Shown here in pieces: positions 59,649-64,000 of a DNA stretch of 64,000 nt. Made by a program: the position numbers and the translations under genes. The DNA comes from Histomonas meleagridis 2922-C6/04-290x (taxonomy: Eukaryota > Protista > Parabasalia): contig JAANOX010000126.1 in the NCBI GenBank assembly GCA_020184695.1, positions 124,001 to 188,000 of the forward strand, given 5' to 3'. The notes under the pieces were generated by a model. That model was not told the origin of the DNA, made no database searches, and saw only the letters and a list, made by a program, of their open reading frames with translations. Position 1 is the stretch's first letter. The number at the start of each line of letters is the position of its first letter.

Positions 59649-62447
59649 TCAAATAACATTGTCAACTATCGAAATACTTAAGTGTGGCATATTTTCAAGT
59701 GTTTCTCTTTCAGCTTTGTTCTTTCTATATAAATAAAACAGCAATATAAACCCTGAAATCAAAAGAGCTCCTCCAATGCACGAAAGCGCTATTATAACAC
59801 CCATAGATAGACCTCCTTTAAAATTTGAATATTTGATACATTTTTCTTCTAAGCGACTATTAATTTCGATGCTGACTCCTTTCCAAATATCACAACTAGA
59901 TCCGGAACAATCTTCATCCTTATAATTTTTATACGAATTATCTTCAGGCAGACAAATGCTTATGCTGTCTTTCGGAGCTGTATCAAATATATTATTGTTA
60001 AATGTTTCTGGTTGTCTATCTGGTAAAGCGATAATATCCAATTTTTCACAATTCTCAAAGATTTTAGTTGAACTTTCATTGACTTTGTCTAATTTCGATA
60101 TGTTTAGTTCTTTCAAATTGATACATCCTGAGAAATGTCCGTCGCCTTCAAATCTGGTAACTCCATTAAGAAAAAGAGTTTCCAATGAAACGCAATCTTT
60201 AAAACAATACGATAGAAGCGTTTTAACATTTAGAAATGAAACATCAATCAAATTTTTACAGCCTAAAAACGAATATTCACTGATTTCTTTTAAATTGGTG
60301 AAGTTAACTGATTTTAATGATGTGCAATATTCGAATGTATTTGTTCCATAAATATGTGTAAGCGTTGGCAACTCAAGTGTTTCAAGTGATGAACAATTAG
60401 AAAATTCATAACCTGAACCAGTTGAACCAATGATTGATATTTTAGGCATGTAAATTTCGCGTAAATTTCGACAATTATAAAATGTGTAATTTTTTATTTC
60501 ATTTATTTCTTGAAGTGAAACACTTTCAAGACTTTCAATATTATAAAATAATGATGAAGGAGATTGTATAAGTGAATTCATTTGAATAATTTTTAATGAT
60601 TGACATTGAATTGCTATTGGGCCGGATATAACTTTTGTAACTGAATTTAATGAAAGTTTTGTTAATGAACTGCAATTCACAAATGCTGTGTTATCAATGG
60701 TTTGGACATTTGGTATATTTACATTTGTAATATTATAACAATCACATAAAAAATGATTACCTATCAAATTAAGTTCGGGTAAATAAAGATTTCGAATTAA
60801 ATTACAATAACTAAATAATTCTGACGAAAAATTCTTAAGTTTTGGTAATGAAACATTAACCAAATTACTGCAATTATAAAATGCATATGATCCAATTCGT
60901 TCAAGACTTGGTAATGAAATATTTGTAACTTTATGACAATTATTAAGAAAATAATCGCCAATAACTAATGCATTCGGCAAATTAATCATTTCAACAATAT
61001 CACATGCATTAGTAAACGCATTTGATCCAATGTATTTCAAATTTAAAAATTCAAATGTATTCATATCCACTTTAGATATGAAATAATCACTTGCATTCGT
61101 TAAGTTTGGTAAATTAATGACTTTTAATCTAATACATCCTTCAAATGGATTATTTCCAATATTTGTAAGTTGTGGAAATGTGATATTTTCTATTTCTGTA
61201 TTATATGAAAATGCATAATCACCACATGTCTCAAGTGAAGGAAAATAAAGAGTTGAACTATCGATATAACTAAATGCATAGTGACCACATGACTTAACAT
61301 TTGGTAATCTTATAGTTGCTCTTGTACCATAAAATGCATAATTTCCGACGTATTCACAATATTCAAATGACATAGAAAATCCTATGAAACTGGTACCTGC
61401 AAGTGCATATTCATCAATTTCTTTAATCTTAAGATATTCAAAAAAGTCGCTATAGAATTGTATATTTTCAAAAGCGTGTTTTCCTATTGATGTAACATTA
61501 GGCATTATAAGGTCAGGTATGAAAGTTAAATTTGCAAACATGTTGTCTGGGATACGTTCCAATTTCGGCATTATCATATTATTTAACTTAAAGCATTCAA
61601 CTATAAAATTACCACCAGCTGCTACAAGAGAAGGTAACTCAAGCTTCTCAATACGATAATTATAATTGAACGCACCTTCTGAAATTCGTTCAACTTTTGG
61701 AATGTTTACATCGCAAAGAGAAAAACATCGCAAAAAAGCATATGCACCTATATATACAGCATTTGATAAATTAGCACTTATCATGCCTAAGCATGATAAA
61801 AACGTATATGAGGAAACATTTTCTAGCATTGGAAAATTTATAGATAAAATTGAACAATATTCAAAGGCACTGTTCCCACAATATTTAAGATTAGGGAAAC
61901 TAACGCTCCTTAACATTATGCAACTAGAAAATGCATAATTTGATATATTTATAACATTTGGTGCTATAATTGTTTCAAGGTTTATGCACAAATGGAATGT
62001 ATACATCCCAATATGACTTAAAGTAGGAGCTTCCACTGTTACTAGATTAGAGGTTTTATAAAACATATATGCATCGAATCGTGAAATATTCGCAAAATAT
62101 ATATGTTTTAAACTAGTACAATATTCGAACCTCATATTAGGAATGCTTTCCAATGTAATTCCTATAGAAATGTTGATTACACTCCACATACTAAAAGTCA
62201 AAATATTGGCCAAATCTTCTATGTTTGTCGTAACATTTTTAGAAATTGAAAAAGACTTTACATTCATATATGCAATGGTATCTAATTCATTGTAAACAAG
62301 TTCACCACTGAGTACTTCTACATCAATTAAATTACTGTTATTGCAAAGGCGGTAAATTTCCATCATATTATTTCCAGTTGCATGAAACGTTTTATTGACA
62401 AGAACTTCGAGAAGAGAGAGTGACATGTATGGAAATAGAAAAATCAT
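59649..62447 (-). CDS. BspA-like (TpLRR/LRR_5) surface protein with C-terminal TM
   Basis: Many ~22-23 aa repeats (IGxYAFxxCxxLxxxxLPxL); TM VIIALSCIGGALLISGFILLFYLY; likely ATG at 62447. Confidence 0.92.
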   Translation of the reverse strand: MIFLFPYMSLSLLEVLVNKTFHATGNNMMEIYRLCNNSNLIDVEVLSGELVYNELDTIAYMNVKSFSISKNVTTNIEDLANILTFSMWSVINISIGITLESIPNMRFEYCTSLKHIYFANISRFDAYMFYKTSNLVTVEAPTLSHIGMYTFHLCINLETIIAPNVINISNYAFSSCIMLRSVSFPNLKYCGNSAFEYCSILSINFPMLENVSSYTFLSCLGMISANLSNAVYIGAYAFLRCFSLCDVNIPKVERISEGAFNYNYRIEKLELPSLVAAGGNFIVECFKLNNMIMPKLERIPDNMFANLTFIPDLIMPNVTSIGKHAFENIQFYSDFFEYLKIKEIDEYALAGTSFIGFSMSFEYCEYVGNYAFYGTRATIRLPNVKSCGHYAFSYIDSSTLYFPSLETCGDYAFSYNTEIENITFPQLTNIGNNPFEGCIRLKVINLPNLTNASDYFISKVDMNTFEFLNLKYIGSNAFTNACDIVEMINLPNALVIGDYFLNNCHKVTNISLPSLERIGSYAFYNCSNLVNVSLPKLKNFSSELFSYCNLIRNLYLPELNLIGNHFLCDCYNITNVNIPNVQTIDNTAFVNCSSLTKLSLNSVTKVISGPIAIQCQSLKIIQMNSLIQSPSSLFYNIESLESVSLQEINEIKNYTFYNCRNLREIYMPKISIIGSTGSGYEFSNCSSLETLELPTLTHIYGTNTFEYCTSLKSVNFTNLKEISEYSFLGCKNLIDVSFLNVKTLLSYCFKDCVSLETLFLNGVTRFEGDGHFSGCINLKELNISKLDKVNESSTKIFENCEKLDIIALPDRQPETFNNNIFDTAPKDSISICLPEDNSYKNYKDEDCSGSSCDIWKGVSIEINSRLEEKCIKYSNFKGGLSMGVIIALSCIGGALLISGFILLFYLYRKNKAERETLENMPHLSISIVDNVI

Positions 62448-62718
62448 TTTTTTTAGAGGGCTGAATTTTTGTGAGTGGGTTAAGGGCAGTACGACCAGAT
62501 ATGCATTGAAAAACAATCATGTGAATTTCATGATTTATTGAATTTTTTTGAAAAGAATTTGTATGACCCAAGTAAAACATTTTGAGAGGCTAATCATTCA
62601 ATTCGTTGTTAACAACAGAAAAAACCGTGAATAAATAAAATGAAAATATTTTTATTTTGTGCTCATAAATCAGAGTATAAATCAACAAAGAATAATTCTT
62701 TTCATAAACAAACAAATT

Positions 62719-63222
62719 CTAGTCAAAAGGACTCGGCCATAGTATATCATAGTATGCAGTATCAATGACGCTGTCAACTGCTTCTCGAGCTTTGTCTTCA
62801 CTTCCAATAGAGAGTTGAACTGCTTCGATTGCCTTATTTCTTGTACATCTTTTTGTAAACCATGCTTTCCTGCACTCACAATGTTTCATTGCATGTACCT
62901 CCGTTTGGGCCAGTCCAGTAATAGTTTGGATATTTATCTTGCGGTATAAGTGATCATAAGCATGGATTGATTCATGAAGTAATGCTTCTCTAAGGTTATC
63001 TTCATCAAACCCATAGGGAGAAATCCAAATCTCTTTTCTTTTTATGTTATATAATGCGCGTATTCCATCTCCACATTCTTTGATCTTGATGGGCACTTTA
63101 GTTTTTTTGTGCAAATATGAAATTTCAGAATCATTTTTTATCATCAAATCAATTTTTTCCTGAATTTCTTCTTCAGTTAAATAATTTTTCCCAAAAAAGA
63201 AATCAATTATAGCGTCAATCAT
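62719..63222 (-). CDS. ATP23: ATP23-like metalloprotease (peptidase M76)
   Basis: LLHESIHAYDH...GLAQTEVHAM...C...CTRNKAIEAVQLS matches the ATP23/KUB3 pattern. Confidence 0.75.
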   Translation of the reverse strand: MIDAIIDFFFGKNYLTEEEIQEKIDLMIKNDSEISYLHKKTKVPIKIKECGDGIRALYNIKRKEIWISPYGFDEDNLREALLHESIHAYDHLYRKINIQTITGLAQTEVHAMKHCECRKAWFTKRCTRNKAIEAVQLSIGSEDKAREAVDSVIDTAYYDILWPSPFD

Positions 63223-63329
63223 CACAAACACATATAATGGGGCGCCCCATTAACAAACCGCATCCTATTTACGGTTTTGACATATGCCAAATTGAAAGAC
63301 TTTAACGGTTTTGGCCAACCTTTTCCTTC

Positions 63330-63554
63330 ATGCCAAAGTCAGTGCAAACACCAAGAAAGTTTCTTGAGCTTGCTGCTCGCCCTGATGCCAAGTGGGTCAA
63401 GGTTAAGAAAGTAAAGAATGGTGACACAAAGTTTAAGCTTAGGACTACAAGATATCTCTATACATTAACTGTCAAGCAAGCTAAATTTGTTCAACTTGTC
63501 ACCGAATCAATTCCACAAGGTCTCGAAGTCATTTATCTTGACAAACGTGAATAA
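63330..63554 (+). CDS. RPL38: 60S ribosomal protein L38 (eL38)
   Basis: MPK...FLELAARPDAKWVKVKK...TKFKLRTTRYLYTL. Confidence 0.95.
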   Translation: MPKSVQTPRKFLELAARPDAKWVKVKKVKNGDTKFKLRTTRYLYTLTVKQAKFVQLVTESIPQGLEVIYLDKRE

Positions 63555-63830
63555 AAATCAGGATTATAATATATTCTGAGAAATTTCTATTTTGCTTTTC
63601 TATCATTTATTCCAATCCAAAGTCTTTTTTATGAGGAACATGCTATAATTTTATATGGAGAAATTCATTATGATTTCATCAACATTCCAATCATGTGTAA
63701 AATTTCAATAGAAGTCAAATAAAACAATTTTTCCTCAACGAAATAATAACATTTTTTTATGATTGAAATTTCATTAAGTTTTTCAAACAACGCTCATTAT
63801 AAAAAACATAATAAAAGATTCTAAGGAAAT

Positions 63831-64000
63831 TTAATCTTTAGAAAATTCAGTATATGATAACTGTATTTCTGGTTCTGCACCTTTGAATCCACCTTGTAAT
63901 AGTGGTGGAGCTGGAACTGGGAAGAACCAAGCGACAATGCCATAACCCACAGCGCATATCCAATAGATAATAGTACATGCAAGACCAAATCCATGTGTTG
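63831..64000 (-). CDS. 3' end of a membrane protein (5'-partial)
   Basis: Open frame HGFGLACTIIYWICAVGYGIVAWFFPVPAPPLLQ...SKD* ending at 63831. Confidence 0.55.
   Translation of the reverse strand, partial: THGFGLACTIIYWICAVGYGIVAWFFPVPAPPLLQGGFKGAEPEIQLSYTEFSKD

Overview
AT-rich eukaryotic genomic DNA: gene-dense, standard genetic code, almost no conventional introns. The gene content (DUF3447-ankyrin genes, a BspA-type LRR surface protein, several small GTPases, ~23-24 nt GT-AG introns) points to a parabasalid such as Tritrichomonas; this is inference. Housekeeping genes include an HMG-box factor, NOT1, a PCI protein, DZIP1-like, a USP, proteasome alpha, CK2-beta, a cyclin, a DHHC palmitoyltransferase, ATP23-like and RPL38. 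Main result: five ankyrin-repeat genes (22.4-26.1, 33.5-36.1, 39.0-42.0 and 44.7-47.5 kb) look like frameshifted pseudogenes, but their apparently junk AT-rich spacers parse into fixed 17-nt T-rich elements (mostly AT/GT...TT, no 3' AG) alternating with single codons. Removing the ~130 elements restores the reading frame, near-normal ankyrin loop length in four of the five genes and, in most repeats, the conserved xxGx-T(A/P)L loop (e.g. DKNGKTSL, DEKGKTAL, NKEGLVPL). In one gene the 17+3 unit is tandemly amplified into arrays of 11, 7 and 5 variable codons, which suggests combinatorial diversification of the ankyrin binding loop. Scattered single-base homopolymer frameshifts suggest residual assembly errors. 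All parsing was done by hand and no RNA evidence is available.
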